Shown here one piece after another: positions 28,179-37,514 of a stretch of DNA of 51,214 nucleotides. Each line of letters begins with the position of its first letter. Position 1 is the first letter of the stretch. The position numbers and the translations under genes are program-made. Source of the stretch: an uncultured Bacteroidota bacterium (GTDB taxonomy: Bacteria; Bacteroidota; Bacteroidia; UBA4408); the NCBI GenBank assembly GCA_903842515.1, contig CAIMMJ010000362.1:1-51214 (forward strand), given 5' to 3'. The notes below the pieces were generated by a model that saw only the letters and a list, made by a program, of their open reading frames with translations, had not been told where the DNA came from and searched no databases.

Positions 28179-30182
28179 ATGGAAAACAATACAGCAATAA
28201 ATTTAAAGTTCGATAGAAAAAAATACCGCGACGAAGTTTTAATTAATCTCTATAAATCATTGCTTGAACCAAGGATGATAGAAGAAAAAATGCTGATACT
28301 TTTGCGTCAGGGAAAAATATCAAAATGGTTTTCGGGAATAGGTCAGGAAGCCATCTCAGCAGGAATTGCTGCTGCCTTGCAACATGACGAATACATATTA
28401 CCCATGCACCGAAACTTAGGCGTATTTACTGGGAGGAATGTAGAGTACGGTCAATTGTTTTCGCAGTTTCAAGGACACAAAAATGGATTTTCTAAAGGAA
28501 GAGAACGATCTTTTCATTTTGGTTCAAACCAACATCATATTGTTGGCATGATCTCTCACCTTGGCCCTCAAATGGGTGTTGCAGATGGAATTGCCTTGGC
28601 ATCGAAATTAAAAAAAGAAAATAAAGTTACAGTAGTTTTTAGCGGAGATGGTGGCTCCAGCGAAGGCGATTTTCACGAATCTATAAACCAAGCCGCTGTA
28701 TGGGATTTGCCTGTAATTTTTGTTGTAGAAAACAACGGTTATGGACTAAGCACGCCCTCTAACGAACAATTTAAATTCAAAAATTTTGTTGATAAGGGCC
28801 CAGGTTATGGAATTGAAGCCATAAAAATAGATGGCAATAATATTTTGGAAGTTTACGATACACTTGTAAATACTTCTGAATCCATCAGAAAAAATCCAAG
28901 ACCAATTTTGTTGGAATGTATTACATTTAGAATGAGAGGTCACGAAGAAGCCTCTGGCACAAAATACATTCCCAAAGAGTTGTTTGAAATTTGGGGCAAA
29001 AAAGATCCTGTTGTAAATTATGAAAATTATTTATTGGAAGAATCGGTAATAAGTTCTGCAGACATCGAAAATTTTAGAAAAGAAATTAAACAAAAAATTG
29101 ATGCAGGATTGGAAGTTGCATTTACGCAAGATCCAATAAAAATTGATACACAAGAAGAGTACAACGATTTATATGCTCCTTTTGATAATAGTGAAATTAA
29201 GCCGTCTTCGCAAAATAAATCCAATAAGCGATTTTTAGATGCTATTTCTGAAGGCTTAAAACAAAGCATGGAAAAATTTCCTGAGTTAATTTTAATGGGA
29301 CAAGACATTGCTGAGTACGGTGGTGCTTTTAAAATGACTGAAGGATTTGTAGAAAAATTTGGCAAAGACAGAGTTAGAAATACCACTTTGTGCGAATCGG
29401 CAATTGTTGGAACCTCACTGGGTTTAAGCATAAAAGGAATGAAGGCCATGGTAGAAATGCAATTTGCCGATTTTGTTACGTGTGGATTCAATCAAATAAT
29501 AAATAACCTGGCAAAAATTCATTACCGTTGGGGACAAAATGCTGATGTAGTGGTAAGAATGCCAACTGGAGCAGGAGTAGGAGCAGGGCCTTTTCATTCG
29601 CAAAGCAACGAAGCATGGTTTGTGCATACACCCGGTTTAAAAGTTTTATATCCAGCTTTTCCAAATGATGCAAAGGGTTTGATGTGTGCAGCATTCAACG
29701 ACCCCAATCCTATTTTATTTTTTGAACACAAAGGATTGTATCGAAGTATAACAGAGGACGTGTATGAAGATTATTTTACCATTGAAATAGGAAAAGCAAA
29801 TTTAGTTCGTACAGGTAAAAACGTTAGTATAATTACTTACGGTGCAGGAGTTCATTGGGCAATGGAAATTTTAGATAAACATCCACAAATTTCAGCAGAC
29901 TTAGTAGATTTAAGAACTTTGTTGCCCTATGATAAAGAAGCAATATTGGAATCGGTTAAAAAAACTTCAAGAGCTATTGTGTTGCACGAAGACACTTTGA
30001 TAGGTGGAATTGGTGGAGAAATTTCTGCATTTATTATGGAAAACTGTTTCGAATATTTAGATGCTCCTGTTGTGCGATGTGCCAGCTTAGATACTCCGGT
30101 TCCGTTTAATTTAGATTTGGAACAAAACTTTTTACCAAAGAAAAGATTTGAAGATCAATTGTTGCAGTTGCTAAAATATTAA
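28179..30182 (+). CDS. Fused E1 alpha/beta subunit of a 2-oxoacid (branched-chain/pyruvate-type) dehydrogenase, TPP-dependent
   Basis: I start it at ATG 28179; the track uses TTG 28140. The N-terminal half has the E1-alpha TPP motif (SGDGGSSEGDFHESINQAAVWDLPVIFVVENNGYG). The C-terminal half is E1-beta/transketolase-like (GQDIAEYGGAFKMT, ...EMQFADF, ...FFEHK). Confidence 0.9.
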   Translation: MENNTAINLKFDRKKYRDEVLINLYKSLLEPRMIEEKMLILLRQGKISKWFSGIGQEAISAGIAAALQHDEYILPMHRNLGVFTGRNVEYGQLFSQFQGHKNGFSKGRERSFHFGSNQHHIVGMISHLGPQMGVADGIALASKLKKENKVTVVFSGDGGSSEGDFHESINQAAVWDLPVIFVVENNGYGLSTPSNEQFKFKNFVDKGPGYGIEAIKIDGNNILEVYDTLVNTSESIRKNPRPILLECITFRMRGHEEASGTKYIPKELFEIWGKKDPVVNYENYLLEESVISSADIENFRKEIKQKIDAGLEVAFTQDPIKIDTQEEYNDLYAPFDNSEIKPSSQNKSNKRFLDAISEGLKQSMEKFPELILMGQDIAEYGGAFKMTEGFVEKFGKDRVRNTTLCESAIVGTSLGLSIKGMKAMVEMQFADFVTCGFNQIINNLAKIHYRWGQNADVVVRMPTGAGVGAGPFHSQSNEAWFVHTPGLKVLYPAFPNDAKGLMCAAFNDPNPILFFEHKGLYRSITEDVYEDYFTIEIGKANLVRTGKNVSIITYGAGVHWAMEILDKHPQISADLVDLRTLLPYDKEAILESVKKTSRAIVLHEDTLIGGIGGEISAFIMENCFEYLDAPVVRCASLDTPVPFNLDLEQNFLPKKRFEDQLLQLLKY

Positions 30183-31094
30183 ATGAAAAACAAAGTAAAA
30201 AGTAATATTGTATTTTGGTTTTTGTTTATAGTAAGCACACATATTACTTTTTCGCAAATTAAAGATTCAATACCATTTCAAAACAGAAAAAAAGCAATTT
30301 CAATAATTGTTCCAAGTGCATTTGTAGCAACATCAACGGCACTTTATTTTGCTTGGTACAAAGATTATGGAACAGGAAAGTTCCATTTTTTTAATGATAG
30401 CAAAGAATGGCTTCAAATGGATAAAGTGGGACATACTACTTCTACTTACCAAGGACAGAGATTTATAAATTCTTGGTATAAATGGGCTGGATTTAGATCT
30501 AAACAGTCAGCAATCTACAGTGGTATTTTGTCTTTGGGTTTTTTATCAACAGTAGAGGTAATGGATGGTTTTTCGGGAGGATGGGGATTTTCGAACACAG
30601 ATATGATTGCAAATGTTGCCGGAATTTCATTGTTTTCGCTTCAAGAATATTTTTTTGAAAGACAATTTTTACAGTTAAAATATTCTTATCACACCGATAA
30701 TAATTATAAAATACGCCCAAATCTTTTAGGCAGTAACATTGCAGAACGTTTAATAAAAGATTACAACGGGCAAACGTATTGGTTATCTGTTAACACACAA
30801 ATATTTTCTAAAAAACTGCCAAAGTGGTTATGCCTTTCATTAGGATATGGTGCTAACGGAATGGTGGGTGCCGATGACAACATATTTATGAGAGAAGGAA
30901 TTGAATACAACTACTCTCACTTGCAAAGATACCGTCAATACTATTTTTCATTTGATCTAGATTTAACTCAAATAAACACAAAGAAAAAATGGCTCAATAC
31001 ACTTCTTCATTCCGTATCGTTTATAAAAATTCCATTTCCCACAATTGAAATAAATAAACCACAAGGGTTTGTGATTAAGCCCTTTTACTTTTAG
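30183..31094 (+). CDS. DUF2279-like periplasmic/membrane-associated protein
   Basis: 303 aa with a signal peptide. WYKDYG...FHFFNDSKEWLQMDKVGH motif as in DUF2279. Its ATG directly follows the E1 stop (TAAATG). Confidence 0.5.
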   Translation: MKNKVKSNIVFWFLFIVSTHITFSQIKDSIPFQNRKKAISIIVPSAFVATSTALYFAWYKDYGTGKFHFFNDSKEWLQMDKVGHTTSTYQGQRFINSWYKWAGFRSKQSAIYSGILSLGFLSTVEVMDGFSGGWGFSNTDMIANVAGISLFSLQEYFFERQFLQLKYSYHTDNNYKIRPNLLGSNIAERLIKDYNGQTYWLSVNTQIFSKKLPKWLCLSLGYGANGMVGADDNIFMREGIEYNYSHLQRYRQYYFSFDLDLTQINTKKKWLNTLLHSVSFIKIPFPTIEINKPQGFVIKPFYF

Positions 31095-31101
31095 TATGTG
31101 T

Positions 31102-32847
31102 TTATTCTAACATAAACTTCCTAATAATTTTAACAGGAGCACTTCCGTAGCTTAAAAACTTATTGTGCCACTTTTTTAAATCAAATTTTTCTCCGTCACG
31201 TTTTTTACATTCTTCTCTCAATTCAAAAATTTCGGCATATCCAGTAAAGTAGGAACAAAGTTGAACACTTGTTAATGTAGCTCTTCTCCACTTGTTTTCT
31301 GCTTCTGCATTTTGCTGAAATGCCTGTTTTTCCAATAAGTTTAATGCATCTTCTTTAGAAATAGTTAATACGTGAATGGAATAATCTAAAATAGTGTTAC
31401 ACACACTTCTTAAATGCCATTTGTAATACATCAACCACATTTCATCTGTTGAGGGTCCATTTAAGTTTGGATACCCATTTTCCAACATCATTCTTTCTCC
31501 ATAAACTGCCCACCCTTCTATCATAGGGTTGTTTCCAAATATTGCTTTTATCAAACTTGGACTTTGGTTGGCGTATACCAATTGAGTATAGTGACCCGGA
31601 ATAGCTTCGTGAATATTTAATATTTGAAGAGTATAATTATTGTATTCTCTTAAATAACTTTCGGCTGCTTCTTTTGTATACGACGCCAAGCTGCCAACGT
31701 TATAATAGGTGTTTCCATTTTTATCATATGGTCCGGGAGAGGATATAGAAGCACCTGCAACTCCTTTCATATATTCTGGCTCTTTTCTTACTACTAAAGG
31801 TTTTGTAGAATCTAAATCTATTAAATTTTTTGCTGTGATAAATTTTTCAAGTTCTGGAATCTGTTTTTCTATTGTAACCTGAAATTCTTCTGATTTGCAA
31901 TGTACTTTCGAAAGTTCTTCAATTACGTTTCTTACCAGCAGCAAACTATCTTTTGGCTTAGGTTTATTTTTTAAATATTTGTTCCAAAGCTTATCACTCA
32001 GCAAAAACATTTCTTTGTGCAATTCATTTTTTCTTGCGACCGCTTTTTCATAAATGGTTTTAGCATCATAACCACTTTGCATTTCTAAATTAAATTTTTT
32101 CAAATAGAATTTTTTCTCTAGTCTAAAAGATTTGGCATTCGTTAAGTCTAATGCTTTTAAAAATTGGATATAGTTTTTTTGTTCTGCACTTGCAAGGGAA
32201 ACATTATCTAAAAACACTTTTTTCTGCTCTTCTGTTAAGCTCGATTTTTTGATAGAATCAGTTAGGTCAGTATCAAAGGTGGATAAAGAGCCTTCGCATT
32301 GTTGTATGGCTAGTTCGGTATGTTCTTTTGTTGGATTTTCTATCAATGATTTGGCATTAGAATAATATTCTTTTGCCTGTGATATTTTTTGATTGATGCT
32401 TACCAATCTCTTCTCTAATGGTGCAAACTTTCCTGCCAACATTTCTGCAATTGTTCCACTTAAATTATATCCCGAAGGATTCCATGAATAACTTTTGAAT
32501 TGCTTTAAATAAAACAATTGCAAGTCTATTTGATTTTTTATTATTTCTAAATCTGCAGAGTTGCTTTGAGACAGCTTTTTGCCATAAAATTCTTTGATGA
32601 GATTTTTTTGATTTTCATAAAAAGATATTTCGTTTTTAATCCATTCTTTTGATACGATGGTAAGCAAGGAATCGTACTTATGGTATCCAACAGAACTGGC
32701 ATATTCTGGATTATGCAGCCAAAATTCTTCAATGAAAGTAGAAGAAAATTTATCGAAATTTTTATCGTAGTTATCACCAGTTGATGCCTTTTTTTCGGCG
32801 CAAGAATTCAAAATAATTATGCTTAAAAGGGTTAATAGTTTTTTCAT
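31102..32847 (-). CDS. DUF885 family lipoprotein (metallopeptidase-like HExxxGH motif)
   Basis: 581 aa. Lipobox MKKLLTLLSIIILNSC and HEAIPGHYTQ; size and helix-rich composition are typical of DUF885. Confidence 0.75.
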   Translation of the reverse strand: MKKLLTLLSIIILNSCAEKKASTGDNYDKNFDKFSSTFIEEFWLHNPEYASSVGYHKYDSLLTIVSKEWIKNEISFYENQKNLIKEFYGKKLSQSNSADLEIIKNQIDLQLFYLKQFKSYSWNPSGYNLSGTIAEMLAGKFAPLEKRLVSINQKISQAKEYYSNAKSLIENPTKEHTELAIQQCEGSLSTFDTDLTDSIKKSSLTEEQKKVFLDNVSLASAEQKNYIQFLKALDLTNAKSFRLEKKFYLKKFNLEMQSGYDAKTIYEKAVARKNELHKEMFLLSDKLWNKYLKNKPKPKDSLLLVRNVIEELSKVHCKSEEFQVTIEKQIPELEKFITAKNLIDLDSTKPLVVRKEPEYMKGVAGASISSPGPYDKNGNTYYNVGSLASYTKEAAESYLREYNNYTLQILNIHEAIPGHYTQLVYANQSPSLIKAIFGNNPMIEGWAVYGERMMLENGYPNLNGPSTDEMWLMYYKWHLRSVCNTILDYSIHVLTISKEDALNLLEKQAFQQNAEAENKWRRATLTSVQLCSYFTGYAEIFELREECKKRDGEKFDLKKWHNKFLSYGSAPVKIIRKFMLE

Positions 32848-32883
32848 TAAGTTTTCAAATTAAATTGTTCAAATGTATAAAAA

Positions 32884-34455
32884 TTAAATTGTTGGGTTTT
32901 TATGATCAATGTTATAATGCAATCCAACGCTTTCTTTTCTGGTAATTGATTGTTTGATTACAATGTATCCAACTTTAATCATATTTCTAAGTTCACATAA
33001 TTTTACAGATACTGTTGTTCTTTCATACAAATCTTCCGTTTCGTTGTGAAGAATTTTTAGTCTATCAAAAGCTCTTTTTAATCTTAGATCTGAACGAACA
33101 ATTCCAACATAATTGGTCATAATTGCCTTAAGCTCTTTTAGAGATTGTGTCATTAAAACTAACTCTTCGGGGTTGGTTGTTCCTTCTGCATTCCAATCTG
33201 GTAGCCCATTACAAAACTCTAGTTTGGGAATTTTAGAAATTGAATCTATAGCAGCATTATGGGCAAAAACCAAAGCCTCTAAGAGCGAATTAGATGCCAA
33301 TCTGTTTGCTCCGTGCAAACCCGTATGAGCACACTCACCAATTGCATATAAATTTCCAATTGTGCTTTTCCCATTTTTATCTACATCAATACCACCGCAA
33401 AAATAGTGAGCAGATGGAACCACCGGAATCATATCTTGCATAATATCTATTCCAATTTCGTTACACTTATTATAGATATTTGGGAAGTGTTCAATAAATC
33501 CTTTTTTATCTAAATGTCTGCAATCTAAATAAACGCAATTTTCACCATTTATTTTCATTTCATTATCTATTGCCCTTGCAACAATATCTCTTGGCGCTAA
33601 AGATTTTCTTTCGTCGTAGTTCTGCATAAATTCTTCTCCTTTTGAGTTTTTTAAAATCGCTCCAAAACCTCTAACAGCCTCAGAAATTAAAAATGCTGGT
33701 TGCTCCCCCGGATTGTAAAGTGCTGTTGGGTGAAACTGAACAAATTCCATTCCTTTAGTTTTTCCCTTTGCCCTATAAACCATCGCAATGCCATCACCCG
33801 TTGCAATAGAAGGATTGGTGGTAGATTCATAAATATTGCCTGCACCACCACTACACATGCAAATAATTTTAGAAAGAATTTTTTCAATACGTTGTGTTCG
33901 TTCATTCAAGGCATAAATTCCAAAACATTCAATCCCTTCTGTTTTGCTGTTAACAAAAGCTCCAAGGTGATGTTGGGTAAGTACATCTAATGCAAAAATA
34001 TGGTCATAAATTTCTATGTTTGGATGATTTCGGGCTTTTGCCAATAAAGCCCTTTCAATTTCAAAACCTGTATTGTCTTTATGGTGTAATATTCTATGCT
34101 CAGAATGGCCGCCTTCTTTTACTAAATCATATTCGCCACTTGCTTTTTTGTCAAAACTGGTTCCCCAGTTTATTAGTTCTTTTACTCTTTCGGTTGACTC
34201 GCTAACCACCATTTTTACAACTTCTTCGTTGCAAATTCCGCCACCTGCAACAAGAGTATCGTTTATATGTTTTTCAAAAGAATCGTTGGCATAAAATACT
34301 GCAGCTATGCCTCCTTGAGCATATTTTGTGTTGGTTTCGTCTTCGTTAGATTTTGTAAGAATCATCACTTTCCCATATTCACAAACTTTTAGAGCATAGG
34401 ATAACCCAGCAATACCGGAACCAATTACTAAAAAATCTATTTTTCTTGAATCCAT
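32884..34455 (-). CDS. nadB: L-aspartate oxidase NadB
   Basis: I start it at ATG 34455 (MDSRKIDFLVIGSGIAGLS, the FAD dinucleotide fold). YAQGGIAA, HPTAL, GEC..TGLHGANRLASNSLLE. Confidence 0.93.
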   Translation of the reverse strand: MDSRKIDFLVIGSGIAGLSYALKVCEYGKVMILTKSNEDETNTKYAQGGIAAVFYANDSFEKHINDTLVAGGGICNEEVVKMVVSESTERVKELINWGTSFDKKASGEYDLVKEGGHSEHRILHHKDNTGFEIERALLAKARNHPNIEIYDHIFALDVLTQHHLGAFVNSKTEGIECFGIYALNERTQRIEKILSKIICMCSGGAGNIYESTTNPSIATGDGIAMVYRAKGKTKGMEFVQFHPTALYNPGEQPAFLISEAVRGFGAILKNSKGEEFMQNYDERKSLAPRDIVARAIDNEMKINGENCVYLDCRHLDKKGFIEHFPNIYNKCNEIGIDIMQDMIPVVPSAHYFCGGIDVDKNGKSTIGNLYAIGECAHTGLHGANRLASNSLLEALVFAHNAAIDSISKIPKLEFCNGLPDWNAEGTTNPEELVLMTQSLKELKAIMTNYVGIVRSDLRLKRAFDRLKILHNETEDLYERTTVSVKLCELRNMIKVGYIVIKQSITRKESVGLHYNIDHKNPTI

Positions 34456-34465
34456 TAATCTGATG

Positions 34466-34473
34466 TATTTTTG
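34466..34473 (+). promoter_or_regulatory. Bacteroidota -7 promoter box TATTTTTG upstream of the NifU-like gene
   Basis: Exact TAnnTTTG 49 nt upstream of ATG 34522, within the same 15-mer (TGTATTTTTGCAAAA) seen upstream of trmD. Confidence 0.35.
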
Positions 34474-34521
34474 CAAAAAATTAAACAATTCCTTTGCAAT
34501 TTAGTTTATAAAAACAATAAT

Positions 34522-35118
34522 ATGGAAAAAGCGTTAATACCAACAGAAATTTATGCCGAAAGCACACCAAATCCAAATGCTGTTAAGTTTGTTCTAAACA
34601 GAAATTTAATAGAAGGCGACCCCATTGAATTTAAATTTGGATCCGAAGCAAAAAATTCTCCTTTGGTTCAAGAATTGTTTAATTTCCCTTTCGTATTAAA
34701 TGTTTTTGTGAGCACAAATTTTATTACAATTACAAAAACTCAAAACATAGAATGGACAGAAATAATTCCTCAGTTAAGAAATTTTATTTCGGAGTATTTC
34801 AATAGTGGAAAGGAATTATTTTCTAAGGCAATAATTACAAATAAAAATTCAATTGTAGAAGAAGTTCCAGATGAACAATTGGTTCCAACTTCAGAGACAG
34901 AAATAAAAATTGCCGAAATTCTTGATGAATATATTAGACCCGCAGTGGAAGGAGATGGAGGTGCAATAGTATTAAAGTCGTTTAAAAATGGTACAGTAAC
35001 CGTTAAAATGCAAGGTTCATGCAGTGGTTGTCCTTCTAGTACAATGACTCTAAAAGCGGGTATAGAAGGATTGTTAAAAAGATTGGTCCCAGAAGTTGAA
35101 CAAGTAATATCCGAATAA
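34522..35118 (+). CDS. NifU/Nfu family Fe-S cluster assembly protein (Nfu_N + NifU C-terminal domain)
   Basis: I start it at ATG 34522 (MEKALIPTEIYAESTPNPNAVKFV, the Nfu_N signature). The C-terminus has IRPAVEGDGGAI...GSCSGCPSS (CxxC). Confidence 0.85.
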   Translation: MEKALIPTEIYAESTPNPNAVKFVLNRNLIEGDPIEFKFGSEAKNSPLVQELFNFPFVLNVFVSTNFITITKTQNIEWTEIIPQLRNFISEYFNSGKELFSKAIITNKNSIVEEVPDEQLVPTSETEIKIAEILDEYIRPAVEGDGGAIVLKSFKNGTVTVKMQGSCSGCPSSTMTLKAGIEGLLKRLVPEVEQVISE

Positions 35119-35121
35119 ATC

Positions 35122-35574
35122 GTGAAAAGCCACATACATAAATCAGTTACTGTTTTTAATAAACCACTTGAAGAGGTTTTTGAATTTTTTAGTAAAGCCG
35201 AAAATTTAAATAAGGTAACACCGCAAGGGTTAAGTTTTAAAATTCTTACTCCTTTGCCAATAAAAATGTCTAAAGGAACATTAATTGAATATAGAATAAA
35301 ATTATCAGGAATTCCATTTAACTGGAAAACAGAAATTCTTGCATGGGAACCACCTTATAGATTTATTGATTCTCAGATAAAAGGTCCATACAAAATTTGG
35401 ATTCATGAACACACTTTTGAGTTTATTGATGGTAAAACTGTTATGACAGATACGGTAAAGTTTCTTTCTCCTGGATGGATTTTAGAGCCAATTATCAATA
35501 AACTATTCGTTGAAAAAAAAGTAAAAGAAATTTTTGAATTCAGGACTAAAGTTTTGAATGATATCTTTAACTAA
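35122..35574 (+). CDS. SRPBCC (START/polyketide-cyclase-like) ligand-binding domain protein
   Basis: 150 aa, GTG start 3 nt after the NifU stop. The pattern ...VF.FF....NL..VTP......I........G..I.Y.I...GIP..W..EI..W.PP..F.D.Q..GPY..W.H.H.F is typical of the COG4276-type SRPBCC family. Confidence 0.6.
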   Translation: MKSHIHKSVTVFNKPLEEVFEFFSKAENLNKVTPQGLSFKILTPLPIKMSKGTLIEYRIKLSGIPFNWKTEILAWEPPYRFIDSQIKGPYKIWIHEHTFEFIDGKTVMTDTVKFLSPGWILEPIINKLFVEKKVKEIFEFRTKVLNDIFN

Positions 35575-36099
35575 TCATTCTTCATCTTTTTTTACACGCC
35601 ACACAAGGACGAGTAAAACAGAAAATGTTATGCTAAAGAACAGTCCATTTATGCCATTAGATTTTTCTACTCCAAAGTAATATAAATCTTTGCAAGAGTT
35701 TATAAAACCCAATACCCCAAAGCTCAGCAATACATAAAACATAAAGTATTCTAGTTTTTTAAATTCTTTGCGGTGTGATACTTTTTTTTGTGCTTGGAAA
35801 TTTTGTTTTTTATGAGTAGTATTTCTTCCCCTTTGATATTTATTATAATATGCTTGGTCTCTTGGTTTTTTATTATTTAAACTATCGCTTATATATCCAT
35901 AATTTAAATCGTAATTTCTTCTTTTATACTCGTCACCCAAAACAGAATACGCCTCGTTTATTTGTTTAAACTTTTCACTTTCTATGGCACTGGAATTTTT
36001 GTCGGGATGAAATTTAAAAGCAAGAACTCTGTATGCTTTTTTTATCTCCTGTTGGGTGGAGTTTTTTTTTAAACCTAAAATGTCATAATAATTCTTCAA
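35575..36099 (-). CDS. J-domain (DnaJ-like) protein with C-terminal transmembrane helices
   Basis: 174 aa. [32 protein letters not shown] (HPD motif) and two hydrophobic helices near the C-terminus. TTG start at 36099. Confidence 0.8.
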   Translation of the reverse strand: MKNYYDILGLKKNSTQQEIKKAYRVLAFKFHPDKNSSAIESEKFKQINEAYSVLGDEYKRRNYDLNYGYISDSLNNKKPRDQAYYNKYQRGRNTTHKKQNFQAQKKVSHRKEFKKLEYFMFYVLLSFGVLGFINSCKDLYYFGVEKSNGINGLFFSITFSVLLVLVWRVKKDEE

Positions 36100-36136
36100 A
36101 AAAAATATTTTAGCAACAATTAAACGATTCTTATTC

Positions 36137-36144
36137 TACTTTTG
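36137..36144 (+). promoter_or_regulatory. Bacteroidota -7 promoter box TACTTTTG upstream of the SCO gene
   Basis: Exact TAnnTTTG 24 nt upstream of ATG 36168. Confidence 0.3.
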
Positions 36145-36167
36145 TTCCCCAAAAAAATTTATTCTTC

Positions 36168-36806
36168 ATGAAAAAAATTGGATTTTTTACCTACTTGTTA
36201 GTATTTACTTCTTTTTTGTTTTTAGGCCTTGCTATATTTTATAAGTTAAATGACAAACCTATTAAAACTCTTCCGATTTATGGACAAAAATATTTTAATG
36301 GAAAAGATTCTGTTTTTCACACTGTAAAAGCGTTTAAATTTATTAATCAAAATGGTGATAGTATTTCAGAAAAAACATTTGAGGGAAGTATTTATGTAGC
36401 CGATTATTTTTTTACTACCTGCCAAAGTATCTGTCCAATAATGTCTACCCAAATGGAGGTGGTTGCAAAGGAATTTTCCGGAAATAAAAAAGTAAAGTTT
36501 TTATCGCATACTGTTAATCCAGAAAACGACTCGGTAAATGTCTTGTACGACTATGCAAAAGCCCACCATGCAAATGCAGAACAATGGCATTTTGTTACGG
36601 GGGATAAAAAGCAGCTTTATAATATGGCAAGAGAAAGCTATTTGTTAAATGCCGAAATTGGAGACGGTGGTCCTAACGATTTTATTCATACTCAGAATTT
36701 TGCCCTTATTGATACTAAGAAAAATATCCGTGGATTCTATGATGGCACAGACAAAAACGACATTCAACGCTTGATAAAAGAAATTAAAACTTTATTAAAA
36801 GAGTAA
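36168..36806 (+). CDS. SCO1/SenC family copper chaperone (thioredoxin fold)
   Basis: 212 aa. N-terminal TM anchor, YFFTTCQSICP (CxxxC), and a downstream H (FIHT) typical of Sco proteins. Confidence 0.85.
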   Translation: MKKIGFFTYLLVFTSFLFLGLAIFYKLNDKPIKTLPIYGQKYFNGKDSVFHTVKAFKFINQNGDSISEKTFEGSIYVADYFFTTCQSICPIMSTQMEVVAKEFSGNKKVKFLSHTVNPENDSVNVLYDYAKAHHANAEQWHFVTGDKKQLYNMARESYLLNAEIGDGGPNDFIHTQNFALIDTKKNIRGFYDGTDKNDIQRLIKEIKTLLKE

Positions 36807-36944
36807 GGGCTTGAAAATTAAAAGGTTGTATCTATAGTTGATATATATAAGCCACTTATCGAAGAAAAAGTTTCTGTAATTAATAAAATACTTTATAAAT
36901 TGCGAACTCATTTATCAAAAAACTAAAAATAAATATAACAAACA

Positions 36945-37499
36945 ATGAAATCTAAAACAATTAAAAACACAAAAAGTTTAGTGTTGGGATTATTCCTGGC
37001 CTTTGGACTTTTGATGTTTGGGAAATCCCAAGCAGCGGAACATGAGGGGATTAAAGTCTCCAAGCAATTTGTAGATGAAATGACTAAAATTGATCCAAGC
37101 TACAAAAAGCTAATAAAAGCTGACGCAAACGGCATTTTTATTGATTACAACGACCCTACAACAACCAAATTGTTATTGGAAAAGGTTGCTGCAAACAAAA
37201 AAACTAAAGAAGTGAATAAAACTTCAAGCAAAGTTGAGATTGCTCCAACTGCAGCAACAAAAAATGCAAAAAGTACTCCTGCATTTAGTTCATCTAAGCC
37301 CTCAAATAAAGAAATTGGTGCTCCAATAAAAGATAAAAATACCTTAGGTGATGTTGAATCAAGAAAACACATTGAGAAAAGAATTGAGTTTGAAAAAGCA
37401 AAATTAAACTCTGTAAAAGGCGAGGAATTAATTAGATTAAGAAAGTCTATTACAGAACTTGAAAAAATGAGAGCAGAAACATTTAACACAAAAAAGTAA
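36945..37499 (+). CDS. Small Lys-rich secreted protein of unknown function
   Basis: 184 aa. Signal peptide (…LLMFGKSQAA), a low-complexity K/S/T/A-rich middle, and a predicted helical/coiled C-terminus (EKRIEFEKAKLNSVKGEELIRLRKSITELEKMRAE). It ends 15 nt before the giant T9SS gene. Confidence 0.5.
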   Translation: MKSKTIKNTKSLVLGLFLAFGLLMFGKSQAAEHEGIKVSKQFVDEMTKIDPSYKKLIKADANGIFIDYNDPTTTKLLLEKVAANKKTKEVNKTSSKVEIAPTAATKNAKSTPAFSSSKPSNKEIGAPIKDKNTLGDVESRKHIEKRIEFEKAKLNSVKGEELIRLRKSITELEKMRAETFNTKK

Positions 37500-37514
37500 T
37501 AAAAAATCAGAACT

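Noticed and set aside
34770-35135. 121-aa minus-strand ORF opposite the NifU-like gene
   Set aside because: The plus-strand product has clear Nfu_N and NifU CxxC motifs. The antisense product has none.
37145-37489. 114-aa minus-strand ORF opposite the small Lys-rich secreted protein gene
   Set aside because: The plus-strand ORF has a proper signal peptide and an ATG start, and it shares orientation and tight spacing with the downstream gene. The antisense ORF is Phe/Ser/Leu-rich, the complement of a Lys/Glu-rich sequence. Neither ORF is confirmed by homology that I can recognise.
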